Part shown: one piece after another, positions 1 to 44,552 of the stretch
Numbering within the stretch: position 1 is the stretch's first letter
How the letters are laid out: each line of letters begins with the position of its first letter
DNA from: Bugula neritina
Lineage: Eukaryota > Animalia > Bryozoa
DNA: 64,000 bases
Direction: 5' to 3'
Assembly: GCA_964035545.1 (NCBI GenBank)
Contig: OZ037772.1
Coordinates: 9,603,150 to 9,667,149 of the forward strand
Notes under the pieces: generated by a model
Told to the model about the DNA's origin: nothing
What the model saw: the letters and a program-made list of their open reading frames with translations, nothing else
Database searches by the model: none
Program-made: the position numbers and the translations under genes

Positions 1-1365
1 AAATAAGATAGACCATTAGAATTAACTCTAAATATATTTTAGTTTTTCTAAACCATTGAATACAACATTGCACTTTTTTATATACTTATACATGTATGAT
101 GAATAAAGATATCTAAAATCTAAAAATACTCATGTCATTTCCAACAAGTAGGCATGAAAGGCAAAAAACTCTTAAAAATTTCCACATACAATATGATTGC
201 TGCTTCTATTAGTGTGAAGGAATAGATGTTATTATTGTAATCAACCCTAAACTACTTTCAAATGAGTTATTTACTAATCCTAATTAATTAGGTCTTTCAC
301 CCTGGGAGCAGCTGCAGGTTGTTTTAAGGTTGAATGGAGTCACAATTTATAATAAATCATGCAAGTTGCAACCAAAATTATGTTAACTGAAGCCTATATA
401 ATAATATATTGTATGCTGTGACGTGTAGTTTCACTAAAGGTGGACCTGCATGGCATTTGAATTTCTTACTTGTTAAAATATGTATTGATGTATATAGATA
501 AATAAATAAATAAATATATGTGTGTGCTCGTATGTGTGCTTGCGTGTGTGTGCATGAGCTTGTTTCGGCTAGCATACATTGGTATAAATGTTAGTTTATT
601 TTATATTGTAGCAGGGCTTTGTCAACAACGCAGTAAAAAGAAAACAACTCCTTCAACTGTTATACATACTTTGATTATCATGCTTTCACTTCATTGTCAG
701 ATAGAAACATTGAACTATAATAGTTTCAGTTCAGTGGATAGAAATGCTAACTGCAGCATTTTGCATTGTGCAAGGGCCACAACTCTTGAGATTTCTGATT
801 TGCATTGTTATACTTTCGTATTACTATAATCGCAAAACACATTTTCACAGCACCAGTCATTATCATGGTGCAATCCTACAGAGTTTTTTCCTCGAACAAA
901 TTTGCACGTGATGTTTTACCATAATTAAACATTATTTATTAAACATATAGAATTCAATATACAGTATCTACATAGCTACAATTGAAATGCTAATAGAGTA
1001 TACAACTCCAAATTACAAAATTGTAAATCAAAAAAGATGTAAACTAGTAAAGGTAAGCCAGCGTTTTACTCTACAAAGCAGTAAAATTTACATAAAAATT
1101 GGAAGACAACAGACTGCAAAATAAAACATAACATTACATTAGAACAGAAAGAATATTGCTAGAAGCAGCACCAAGTTGTAGGTGACCGAGTACAGTATTT
1201 CTATACACATTATTGTTTATGATCCAAATCTCTACCCACTTCACCCTGTGACCACAACCTAAGTGATCTCTCAAAGGGTTTTCCCGTGCATAAAATGATA
1301 AGTGACAAGTAGGGGCGTGGTTTCACCTAACCACACTGCCCAGCAGATATATTGCAGAAACCAGG

Positions 1366-4300
1366 CTAGCTTTTCTTGAGCACTGTGTAGGGCACCTTGG
1401 TGAGGTAGTCATAGAACGACCAGCTGGTTGTCAGGGAAGTCACGCCCCACAGGAAGTGTAGTCCTGGGTGATTCACATAGTCAAATACAGGAGCTCCGCA
1501 GGTAGCTGTCAGTAGTAGTAGCTGTACATTTGTGTTTACCTGCAAGTGAATGCCACAACTACATTTAAATAAGAGAAATAGTGATGATCAAAAAGTCGCA
1601 GAGTTGAACTTAAAAGGAAAACTATCCATCTTGTGACTGTGAAACGTATAATAGCAATCAGTAACTTTTTGATATTATAAGAAAACATAAAATTTAGTGA
1701 TATTAATCTTCATGAAAAAATAGACAATAATCATATTAAAGAGATGAGATATTCCAAGCCTGGAGAGCAAAACAGTGCATGCTTATGCCATGTGATTGCT
1801 ATAGTAAGAAAAAATATTTATATTTACTCTTTGGATGCCATTAATTCCAATTTTACGCTGTCGTTCCTTAGTTTAGTGATTCAACTATTATGTTTATGCT
1901 CAATCATTTATCAATATCCATACATGTAAGAAAGTTTCACAATTTTATACAAGCAGTGCTTTCCTGGACAATCTGAAACATTACTACATCAGCTAAAACT
2001 CTTGTTACATAAAGTTATAGCTAAGACTAAGAACCTTAGAAAAAGTAATCTATCCATCACGTAGTCACATTGAGCAAGTGCTTAAATACTTATGTATCTA
2101 AGGCTAAATTTGCGTTTGTACTTTTAGGATTTTCAGTCAGAAATTCAATATGGCTGAGTTGAAATTTGGCCCAGTTGCATTGCATTGTGAAGGCCACTAG
2201 TTTCAGAATCAAATTCAAAAGGAATAATAACTCCTTGTAAATATCGTTAATTAATTATGCGGGTCATATTTCATTATTAGAAAGTGAGCTTCCGCATCAA
2301 TATGATTTCACTCAGTTTCAGTAAAACTATAAAGGGGTACTCGGTTGAGTGAAATTAACTGAAACTCGCAACCTTTTTCAGCAGAGATATAAACACAACT
2401 TAAGTTAGAATAAGATACAAATATTCTAGTTAGACTTACTTTGCTAATGAGTGATGGCTGAACGCTAGCAGTTGGATGGCTAAAATCAAAGTATCTTTTA
2501 AAAGTTTTTGGGGGCGGGAGAGTGACCCACCGCACCCGGAAGCCACTAAGAACCAAGTACACATCTCTGGAGAGAATTAGAGTCATCAGCCAGACTAAAA
2601 AAACAAACCAATCAGCTTCCAACCCACTCAACAGCAATTTGTCAACATAAACCAATAACATTAATTTAACAACTTTAAACAATTAAATCCAAACTGCAAT
2701 TTAAACGCTAAACATTAGCAAAGTGGGCTCTCCTGAACGACAAAAACTGCATACATTTTATGAAACATAAAAATAACAAGAAGCAAGTGAAGATGTTACA
2801 AGCTTAAATAATCACATTACCTGCTGGCACTTACAGTTTACCTGCTGGCACTTACAGTTTACCTGCTGATACTTACAGTTTACCTGCTGACACCTACAGT
2901 TTACCTGCTAACACCTACAGTTTACCTACTAACACCTATATTTTACTTACTGACACCTACAGTTTACCTGCTGACACCTACAGTTTACCTGCTGACACCT
3001 ACAGTTTACCTGCTGACACTTACAGTTTACCTGCTGACACTTACAGTTTACCTGCTGACACCTACAGTCTACCTGCTGACACCTATATTTTACTTACTGA
3101 CACCTACAGTTTACCTGCCGACACCTACAGTTTACCTGCTGACACCTACAGTTTACCTGCTGACACCTACAGTTTACCTGCTGACACCTACAGTTTACCT
3201 GCTGACACTTACAGTTTATCTGCTGACACTTACAAGGAATAAGTTGTACTGCAGTGAGAGAGACACACAGAATAGTAACCAGAAACTTATCGGCGAGAGG
3301 ATCCAGCACGGAACCCAGTATAGAAGATTGACCTGCCAAACCAACAGAAATTATGAAGGAAACCAAAGCATAGGGCGAGAGAGGACAATTCTTAATTATA
3401 TTGCACATACTACTTTTCTAATCTTAATTTCAAAGTTTGGCTGAAAATGCTATGAATGATACAATCTCTAAAAACTTGTCAACTAAAGTTTGAACGAAGT
3501 TTGAAGCCAATTCCACGACTCAAACTCTTTTATAGACTTTTAAATAAAATGAGAGTGAATTGGTCTTTTAAATGCAGTGTATTTATATCTATTGCTAGCG
3601 TTGGCTGAAAATTATATCTCAAACTGGCATTCATGGGCTGTAAAAATCATAAAATATTTAAGCAGAGCCAAAAAACCTAAAAGATAGCCAAAAACTTTTC
3701 ATTCATAAATGAAAAAGAAATATGGAGAAAAATTGGCAAAACACAAAGATAGATCAGTTTTCCGCTGAAAAAACATCAATTTTTGTGATTTGAAAATATA
3801 TCAAATCTTATTTCAAAAATTTAAAGCATAGAAATATTATTTCTTTAAAAACAAAATTTGAAACCATTAAAATAATTTAACATTTCACAACAAAAACGAT
3901 GTTCGAAAAACTGGACTTCTATAACTGTTAGCTTGAATCTTACCTTTCCAGTTTCTAGCTATGTATCCATCTAGCAAATCAGTGAGGCTAGTTAGTAAAA
4001 ACAGGCCACATGCTATGACAAACTTCTCTTGGAGCACCATATAACCCAAATAAGGAGAAATGAAAAACCTCCCAACAGTTAAAAAGTTAGGAATTGTGTA
4101 TATATTTTCTTTCGCTTCGTTTTTACCACTTGATTTCTCTTCCTTATCTACTTTGAGAGATTGTTCATTAGATTTATCACTGCTGTGACAAAACTTCCTT
4201 GAGTTAAAATTCTGTGAGGAAGACTGGTGACTGTGTAAGCAACTAAAAAGTTTGGGGTAATGCAATTGTTGCAAAGGTATACTAGAAAAGTGAATATAAG

Positions 4301-4403
4301 GAAAAATATTGACTTTAAACCTCTGAGACTTATAAAATGTAGAATCCAGGCTAGTTGATCTGAAAAATGTGGCAATAATTCTGAATCCATTTCCCGAAAT
4401 CAT
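1366..4403 (-). CDS. CRLS1: Cardiolipin synthase (CDP-alcohol phosphatidyltransferase family), 4 coding exons, ~295 aa
   Basis: Exons complement(3944..4403, 3234..3332, 2440..2594, 1366..1539), all GT-AG with consistent phases, 888 nt. Contains ENIYTIPNFLTVGR, the CDP-alcohol motif [49 protein letters not shown] and QPSLISKVNT, all typical of eukaryotic CRLS1. The N-terminus is R/S/K-rich, like a mitochondrial presequence. An acceptor at 4425-4426 implies an upstream UTR exon. Confidence 0.95.
2105..2403. mobile_element. Non-autonomous DNA element (MITE-like), shorter copy of the element at 57047..57481
   Basis: Shares GATTTTCAGTCAGAAATTCAAT, GTTGCATTGCATTGT, TAATAACTCCTTGTAAATATCGTT and the end CAGCAGAG-TATAAACACAACTT with 57047..57481; termini are inverted repeats. 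Confidence 0.75.
2815..3233 (-). repeat. 21-bp minisatellite (minus-strand unit GTA(A/G)GTGTCAGCAGGTAAACT, ~20 copies) at the 5' end of CRLS1 intron 2
   Basis: Directly visible tandem units; the first unit begins at the GTAAGT donor (3233). Explains the CRCQQVN repeat in ORF 3094..3408. Confidence 0.95.
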
Positions 4404-5299
4404 TCTGATGCATTAGAAGCACACCTGTAAAAACAAAATTTGAAAACAGCTAATTAAAAGCACTTAAATTAAGCTATATGTTTTGTAAAAGTTTAATGGA
4501 ATAACATTAAAAATTACTGATATTAAGACGATACAAATACATATACACTATAAAAATAATGGCAACAAATGTAAATCATAACTCTACGCTCTATACTTAG
4601 TGGTACTGCTTACAGTTACTGATATACCTAGACTTATAGCCATACTTAGGCTAACACCAAAATGGCTATGGTAAAAAAAAATTAAATTACAACGGACTAG
4701 TTGTTTAGTAAGTTACTGTTACTGTGTTAGTGTTTATAAAAAATTAAAATCTTAAAGTTATACTTAATCTAAGCGAGAATCAGTTATCAACCAAACTATT
4801 CACAGTGGCAGCATGACTGTTATCATCACTTTCACTGTGATTATCACTGTAAATTTAAGATCCGCTTCTAAACTGGTTCAATGGTAGTCACACTCAGTTG
4901 CACTCAGACTCACTGCCAGTTATTCTGATTCAGTTTCACAGCGAAACTCAACCATAATGTCACTGAAAGTGTAGAAACTAATAAATATAATTATACCTAC
5001 ACTTATAGCAATACTAGTTATTAATTATAATACTAACTAAATTAAAATTTGAATATTGATATTTATTTAATTACACTAATTTTAAATCATTTTCAGATGT
5101 TTTGCTGAAAATTATTTTGTACATTTAATTGCAGACTTGAGGCACTAATTATTTTTGCAATGACATCAGTCATCACTCGCAATCTCAAAACACAAAGAAT
5201 TGCAGAACTTGACATTCATATCAATCAATGTACATAATTGTGATATTCATATTGGTATTTATATTTTATTTTAATCACATTGGTTTTTCTATCAAGAAA

Positions 5300-5480
5300 A
5301 CTAGATAGCGGAAGTGACTGCCTGAAACAAAAACAGATTTTGTTGGAGTCGTTGAGTTCTATGTTCCAATCAAGTTTCATGTGCACTAACTACAGCCAAT
5401 CAAATCAGTACAGATATGTTTGATATCAGTTTCCGGCTAAAAGGTAGAGCTTTGGCAAACTTTCACACTACAACTACAAG
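5300..5480. promoter_or_regulatory. Putative promoter region between the divergent CRLS1 and SELENOF genes
   Basis: ETS-type GCGGAAGTG at 5308-5316 and TTCCGG at ~5431, CCAAT at 5366 and 5396, ACTACAA at 5467. Lies between divergent start codons at 4403 and 5584. Confidence 0.45.
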
Positions 5481-5583
5481 TACAAGTATAAGCGTATTCA
5501 TTACTCTTAGACTCAGACTGAAACTCTCAGCGACAAAAAGATCAAGCTCTGTTGGATTACCGTTATGAAGTTTATCTAGCAGT

Positions 5584-6821
5584 ATGCGGAAGAAAACACT
5601 ATTTTCAGAACTTTATACTTTAGTTGTACTATTTGCTGTTAACAGTGTAAGTACAAACTCAAAGTGATAGTACAACTATTAGTATTACTAATAGTAATAC
5701 TAATAGTAATAGTAATACTAAGTCTAATACTAATAGTAATAGTAATACTAATACTAAGTCTAATACTAATACTAATAGTAATAGTGATACTAATATTAAT
5801 AGTAATAGTAACATTAGTAATGCCAATAGTAATACTAATAGAGTAATACTCTTACTTTTAGTGAATTAGTATTAGTGACTATTACTGTTAGTATTAGTAT
5901 TACATTTACTATTACTAATAGTATTAGTATTACTATTAGTATCAGTAATAATATTACTATTACTATTAGTATTACTATTACTATTAGTATTACTATTACT
6001 ATTAGTATTAGTAGGCTAATACTAATAATAATAGTAATACTAATAGTAATAGTAATACTGTAAATGTAATAGTGATACTGATTATGAGACTGATACTGAT
6101 ACTTACTAGTAGATAATTCACATAACCTGAAAAATGTGATAGATCAGTAAGTGTAACTGTAAGAAAAACTGCTCATTCTGATTCTCTAGGCTATTTAATT
6201 TTAGGTGGAAATGTCAATCACAATATCTATTAAATTTAATTTTCTTGTTTTGGCTTCTAGCATTTCATTGATATTTAAGTTTAAGGTTTTTGCCTGCCAG
6301 TGGTCAAATTTAAGGGGTACGCATGGGTATACTGCATCCCTAAGCTTTTTCCTTGGGATCCCTAAACTTACCCGTACCCCATCCATAATAATAATATCTC
6401 ATTACATTTAATCACGAGTCACACAGAAACTGTTTTATCATTTATGGTAAAAGAAAAATGTTTTGGTCATGAGTGTTGTATTTCAAGCAGTTTGTAAAAA
6501 AATGTTCTAGCCAAGTTTTCACTTTGGTATATTTTAGTCTGGACTGTTAGCAAGCTCTGTTGACAGTAGCCTGTGTTCTAGCAATGGATATCTTACAGAT
6601 GCGTTGTCCTGTTCAGCCTGCAAGACCTTGTCATCAGCAGGTAAGAATCGGGGCTATGCAATATCATAGTAGCAGCAGTAGTCGTAGTAGTAGTAGTGGT
6701 AGTGGTAGCAGCAGCGGTGGTAGTGGTATTAGTAGTGGTAGTAGTAGTGGTAGTAGTGGTGGTAGTAGTGGTATTAGTAATACTAGTAGTATTAGTAGTA
6801 GTAGTAGTAGTAGTCGTAATG

Positions 6822-6855
<34 letters not shown>

Positions 6856-8668
6856 CAGCAGCAGTAGTAGCAGTAGCAGTAGGAGTGGTAGTAGTACTAC
6901 TAGTAATAGTACTACTAGTAGAAGTACTACTAGTAGTAATAGTTGTAGTAGCAGCAGCAGCAGTGGTAGCAGCAGCAGTGTTCGTAGTGGTAGTGGTATT
7001 AGTGGTGGTTGTAGTGAATATTAGTTGTTCTTCATATCTTACTAGTAATAGTAAGTGGTAATTAAATAGTGCACTTGTGTTTGAACTTTGCACAGAGTTT
7101 CCACTACACTATGAATATGCTATTGTACTGTTATGAAGTAATCTAAATAAGGAATGAACATGTTTCTTTGTGCTCAGGTCTCAGTGTCTTAGAGAATGAA
7201 TGCAACGACTGCTGTACACAAGACACACAAACTGCCTCAGAATCAAATGTAAGTTGACCTTTTCCTGCTGAATTAAGAGTTATTCTCCCCTATATTTTGG
7301 AAACACAACTCCGCATTGTATATAAGTACTTAGACTTTTTCAATGTTTTCACTCTGTGCCTGTGGTGAATAAGAAAGTTGATTAGGTTCTACTTTATTAA
7401 ACTCATTCGCTCAACTCACTATGGCTTACTCTCATTCATGTCTTATATTCACTTCTTAAACCCTATACACTGTCTGGCCTCTTCCAATAAGTTGAGAATC
7501 TTTTTACGCGAGAAGAAAACTCCTGTCTCTAAACTCTGTAAGCCTGTCTGGTTCTGATGATGTGTGTTAGTAGGTTCAGAGTGTGCGGAAATGGCACAAC
7601 TACTCATCTATGTAACACGTTCTGTTGGTTGGAGTAGTTAGAGCTGCCCGTCTCATCGCCAGTCTCTCACTAGATCTACTAACATGGAATTTCTGTCATC
7701 AGTGTATGTTGCCAGGCTTAACCAGTTTTGTAACTAAATTGCTTCTCTTGTAGAATAAATACCCATTCGCAGAGCTGGTGGTGTGCAGCTGAAAATTGGG
7801 GCGGTACCCACAGGTCAAAGGTTAGCTATTTTATTATCATAACCTGTTATATTTCATTGTGTGTAAATTTGTCTTTAAGTTTAAAGTTTTCTTGTTATTT
7901 TATATTATTTGAAGTTTTGTAAGTTATTAGCAATAGTCAATTGGCTATTCTGTTTTAAGTTATATATAAGGTATAGATTTAATTTCATCACCTTTTTGTA
8001 GCATTTTAGTTTTGCAAAGACTCGCCCATCTTGTATCGTTTGAGCTATTAGGAAGTCTATTTAATGTTTTTATAACTGCCATGTCTTGTTATTCTAAATG
8101 GTATGATGGAGAAAGTCCCTAGATTCTTATATTTACGACTCCAAAAGTTTACAGCTTAAGTTACATTGTTTTAAAATTTCTTCTTTGTCAGGCAGCATCT
8201 TTTCTTTGACGCAATACTTCACTAGCACTGTGTGCACACTGTACAGCAGTAGCTATAGCTGTAGTTATAGCAGTAGTTATAGCTGTAGTTATAGCAATAG
8301 TGTACATTGTATAGCAGTAGTTATAACTGTAGTTATAGCAGTAATTTTAGCAATAGTTCTAGCAATAGTTATAGCAATGTTGCAATTATCTGGCGTTAAT
8401 ATTTGTAGCTCATTGTTGTGATATTTCACGGGTGAATTGAATATTTATAGACACATATTCAACTGTTCAAGTTCCATTTTCAGCATTTATCACAGACAAG
8501 GCTAAGCTAGCAAAGTTCCCGGGACTGAAAGTTACTTATAGAAGGGGCTCCGACCCCTTCATCCACCTTCAGGATGAATCCAAAACAACCGTGGAAACCT
8601 TGGCTATTGATAAGTGGAACACCGACACTGTTGAAGAGTTCTTTTCAGAGCACCTCGAAAGTCGGTAA
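5584..8668 (+). CDS. SELENOF: Selenoprotein F (Sep15), 5 exons, 162 aa, selenocysteine TGA at 7790-7792
   Basis: Exons 5584..5646, 6538..6640, 7178..7248, 7754..7820, 8484..8668 (GT-AG, phases consistent, 489 nt). Encodes signal peptide MRKKTLFSELYTLVVLFAVNS, Cys-rich LCSSNGYLTDALSCSAC...ECNDCCTQD, KYPFAELVVCS-U-KLGRYPQVKAF, and FPGLKVTYRRGSDP...KWNTDTVEEFFSEHLES, all Sep15 hallmarks. Confidence 0.96.
5664..6105. repeat. (AGTAAT/ACTAAT)n low-complexity repeat with an inverted middle block, SELENOF intron 1
   Basis: Visible hexamer repeats; ~5866-6010 is the reverse-complement form (ATTACT/ATTAGT)n. Confidence 0.9.
6665..7055. repeat. (TAG/TGG/CAG)n trinucleotide microsatellite, SELENOF intron 2
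   Basis: Directly visible; source of the poly-Ser/Thr/Val ORFs. Confidence 0.95.
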
Positions 8669-8989
8669 ACTGTGGGTCACCCCCTTCTCTCTATGTGCCC
8701 TCAGCGCAAGCGCTAAGGCTATTTAACTGACTGTTTCAACCTTTCTCTTATTCGAATTTCAGAAGAAATCATTTGTCTAAATTTAATTTTTCATCATTTT
8801 ACGTGCAATGTGTTATTGTTTAGCAGTATCTGTAACATATTAGTCATGCAGCAAAATCTAAATTTTTACAAAAAATTATGTTAATATTTTGTAGTATGTT
8901 TTCAATCAATTTAGCAATTTTTCATAATACGTAGCTCTTGTAGTTTACCTGAATGATGTAGATACGAGAAAGGTTAGAGGTCATTGTAT

Positions 8990-9060
8990 GCAAAGTAATG
9001 AGCTGATGAAGAGGTACTTGTAAAGCTTAGCAGAGCATTTCTGATGCATTCATATTTTGC
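8990..9060 (+). promoter_or_regulatory. SECIS element in the SELENOF 3' UTR
   Basis: Helix I GCAAAGT(A)ATGAG / TTCATATTTTGC; core AUGA at 9006-9009 opposite UGA at 9042-9044; helix II GAGGTACTTG / CAGAGCATTTC; apical AAA at 9022-9024. AATAAA follows at 9064-9069. Confidence 0.88.
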
Positions 9061-11169
9061 TACAATAAATCTCCGGTCTAACTTACATTCTGTACTGATA
9101 ATTACATAGAAGACATCATTGTGGGTACTACAGCCACACTATGATAATATTACATTTGTGAAGTTGTCTTCACATGCCTTGCAGCACAACATATTCTGTT
9201 ATTTTATGTGATGAAACTGTAGTTTGTAACGGGTTTGCCCCAAGAACTTGATAAATGCCTCATATTCAAGCCACATCAACTTAGCCTAGAGACAGACTGG
9301 AATATGCAATTAACCATAGGTTTTAAGTAGCATTGCTGCTATGTACAGAGGGGGTGTGGGATATCTATAAATAACCTTGCAGACTTTAATTAGTCATTAC
9401 TCATCTAATGGTATTTTATCAATGTTCTCACTCAATATTGATAGTCTAAAGTCTAGCGCACTCAGTAGGTAAAGAAGTTGCAATTTTTCGAAAAGTTAGA
9501 AGTCAGTGTACGGCTTTTGAAGACATCCTTGTTTTGTAAATGATCTGGTAATATTGTATGCAGAAGAAAAATTTCCGTCTGCTATACAAAGTCTTTCTAC
9601 TAATTGAAAAATGTGTGTTGTATTTATGATACTTGGTGCTTTGAAGGAGAAAGTGTACTCAAGGAATAATCATGTAGTACCAATATAATGCATTCTATTA
9701 TATATTAGTTTATTTTACAATAGATTTTATATGTTGACTAGTACTGTGCTTGGAAATGTGTCTTTGTTTAAAGTAGGACACGAAAGGCAACAATTTAAGA
9801 GTGGAAAACTCACGTTAGATGTAGTATTATCTTAGCTATATTCCAGTTCTGTTGATTGCTCTAGTGTTGGCTGTGTATGAACAAGTCAGCCTTCTAGGTA
9901 TCCATTTTGTTTGCTCGTTGCCATGGTGAAGAAAATTAACTAATCATTAGACTGGTGGTTTCGCTTCATTTGAGTTGAAGAATGGGTGGTTACAAAGCTC
10001 TCCAATAATTTAGCTTACAAGGTCTTACCTGGTAGAGTAATTGGGGATTTGTTTAATGTTTGACTTCTACTCATATTGGCTGAAGTATGCCAACTCCTAT
10101 CTTTTACATTTAATTTGTTTCAATTGGGCTATTTTTAAAACTGTAGTTTTATAAAATTATACAATCATTTTATGACCTTTTAATAACCATCTAAATTTCT
10201 ACTTTGTCTATCTATAATGTTACTATACTAACCATTATTTTGTTACGTAATCGGGGATTAAATTTTAGATATAATTTTCGCCATCATTAACCCTTTTGTG
10301 AAAAGTCTACATTATTTTGTGAGTTGATGATGTGAGCCTGCTAATTGATAACTGTAGCTAATAAGCAATTAGGAGCAAGTGTCAATCAGTGGTTGTCATT
10401 TGACAGCTATAGCAGGTTGACAGTCTGTACTAGCAAGTGCCAGCAGGTAGATGGAAAGTGACAGCTAGCAAGTCAATAAGAGTTGACACAGTCTGTGGTC
10501 ACTATCTTTTCAGAGTCAACAAGCTGTTGTGTCATAACTAGGTGACTTGATTTAGCAAGTGCCTGTTGGTAGGTGATTTGGCTTAGCAAGTGCATGCTGG
10601 TTACAATTGTTGCTCTTTCAACTACATAGAGGTGAGTGTAAAATAATTTTAATATAAAAACTTATTTACACTTTATACATAAAAACAACTTTATTATCTT
10701 TTTTTTAAAATTATCTAAGCAAATTGTGTGTCGAAAACCTAATGGAGTGTTGAAAACTGTCATTTCCTTTAAAGCCTACTTCATGAAATTGGTGTGCAGT
10801 GTTTTCAATAGCATTAGTTTTGGTGTAACTCAGTAGCATAATTAGTTTTCTGAATTAAATAATAAAATAAAATTTGAAACCCAAAAACAAAATCAAAGGT
10901 AATGCACTCAATCTACGCAGGCATAACAACAACAAAACTCCAAAGCATAGCTGAGGTATGTGTAGTAAAGGGAAAATTGAGAAATACCTCTGTTAGACAT
11001 GTAGCAAAAGAAGTTATGTTCTTGCCAGAATTTCAACCCCTCTCCGCCTAACCTTTTTTTAAAAAAGTAAAAGTTTAGGCTATCTTCATTTCTGCAACTA
11101 AAAGCATTAGCTACAGTTGAAAACTTCTTCGATTGAACTTGTTCAGGTGTTATAGGGCTTGACAGGAAT

Positions 11170-18841
<7,672 letters not shown>

Positions 18842-19420
18842 GAAAACTTAGAAGTTTTTTGGTTGTATCTAAATAAATTCCTGCAAGATTACTAAAAGAT
18901 GTGGAATATTATACTCAGCCTGTGAAGCTGTAGAATGCGAGACTTTGTAAATTTTGACAACTCAGGAGATATTTTCTAAAGCTTGCTGATAGATCCACAC
19001 AAACATAACTTCAATACTGGCTAGATATACTGCATTCTAATTACATTCTTGACACTATTTTGTATCTTTTTCTCTAAATCTTTGTTTTACATTATTTTTG
19101 TGATTAATTTGCCATTTACTGACTTTTATAGTTCATTAACTTTTTTTAATTTTTCTCACCTACACCGCTGTAGTGTTATACGAGTAGCCATATACTGCAT
19201 TAACTTGTACATCATCTAAATTCATCTTTATTTTGAATTTACTTTTAAAACTCCTGTCCAAACTAACTATATGACAAAGTTCTTACACTGCAAATAATAT
19301 AATTGGGCTAAAATTAAAGGTATTATGTTACAAAGTTAGATATAATTGATAAATTAAAAAATTGGTTGTCTTTGGAACTAATAATATCAATAATCAAAGA
19401 TAATAACTTTTGTAATCAAT

Positions 19421-19592
<172 letters not shown>

Positions 19593-19939
19593 AATACAAT
19601 CAGATGTGATGTGATTGTTGAGAGTTTTGGTAAACATTTTCATATTTTCATCGCTGATTGTAGTCAAAAAAGATTGATTAGGTATTTTCATGTAAATAAA
19701 AAAGATTTTTAGGCTAAAAAATAAACAAATTCAGAAGCATCAAATTATACAAACTAAACAAAGACAAGGTTTTAATGCAAGCTAGATATTGGTTCCTCTA
19801 TGATAATTTGAAGTTATTTTTAAAAATACCGGAAATAAGTGAGGACAAAGCATTTGAAATATTTAGTAATACCATTTTAAATTCTTTTATTGTTAAATAC
19901 AGCATGCTCAGTAGCATGAATGTTTGAAAATTATCGGAT

Positions 19940-43520
<23,581 letters not shown>

Positions 43521-44372
43521 ACTCAGGGGACGACCTCTAGCCCTTGTCAGATGGAAGGCTAATTAACTTACCCACTGCAGTTTCTACACAAATAGAACTG
43601 CAGTCTATTATTGCTGAAGGAGTACATTTACTTATAAGAAATTTCATAATACTTCTTAGCAAGGTTCTGGCATGTGTTTACTGTCTTGTTTTATTTACAG
43701 CATCAAGTATTTTAACTTAAAGTGTTATGAAGGTAACAATTCAAAAAAAGAAAAATTATTTATTATGTTCTTTGTAGATTTTCGTTGTGTTGTCAAAATA
43801 AACTTTCATGTAATATAACACTACTATTATTATTATTTATATAATGCAGGACTTACTTGTTGAAAATAATAAACAAGAGAAAACAAGTTTCAAAATTGAA
43901 TAAGATGTATTTTACAAATGGCAAAGCAGTTGTTGTACAATTTATTTTTTATAAGTTTTTATAATTAAATTATGATATGACCTATATACTATAGCTATAG
44001 TATATAGTATATAGCATATAGCAATATAATATAACAATACGTGTGATGATATAATGAATCATTTTAAAATCTCACTTTCATAATTATATAACTCTTTGCG
44101 CAAAAGCACTAACTCCTATTAAACATTATTTCAGGTATATGCTATAAATTATGGCAAGCAGGTGTGTCAAGGCAAACAAACAATAAACCTCTTCTTATTT
44201 TCCAATACAATAAATAATATATACTTATGCAAACAATGATTACAAGTTTTGAAGCTATGGGGACCTCAAGAAAACACTGGGGGGAGTTTGGGGGGTATGA
44301 TGAGCCCCTGCGTGTCCTTTCACTTCTGCCACTGGACTCAAACCTAGGTTATATCTAATATAGAAGCATAAT

Positions 44373-44552
44373 ATTAGTAAACACGAAGTCATGGGTTCCA
44401 ATCCCATAAAGGCCATTGATGATGTTAGGAAAAGCATCTAGTAATAATTGCTCCTGTGCCAATTATAAATTAAGTCTTTAGCTTGATTTACAAAGAACCC
44501 TTTCCATCAAAGGTTCTCACAGGGATAGTGACTATAAACTGACGTGAGTTTT
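44373..44552 (+). mobile_element. tRNA-derived SINE (family 1), 5' truncated
   Basis: TAGTAAACACGAAGTCATGGGTTC...TTCTCACAGGGATAGTGACTATAAAC matches the family. Confidence 0.8.

Noticed and set aside
6560-7093. Poly-Ser/Thr/Val ORFs as mucin-like proteins (also 50314..50773)
   Set aside because: Trinucleotide microsatellites inside introns, open in several frames; the real exon 6538..6640 is in a different frame.
7790-7792. Premature stop making SELENOF a pseudogene
   Set aside because: The TGA is at the conserved selenocysteine position, downstream coding sequence is intact, and a SECIS is present.
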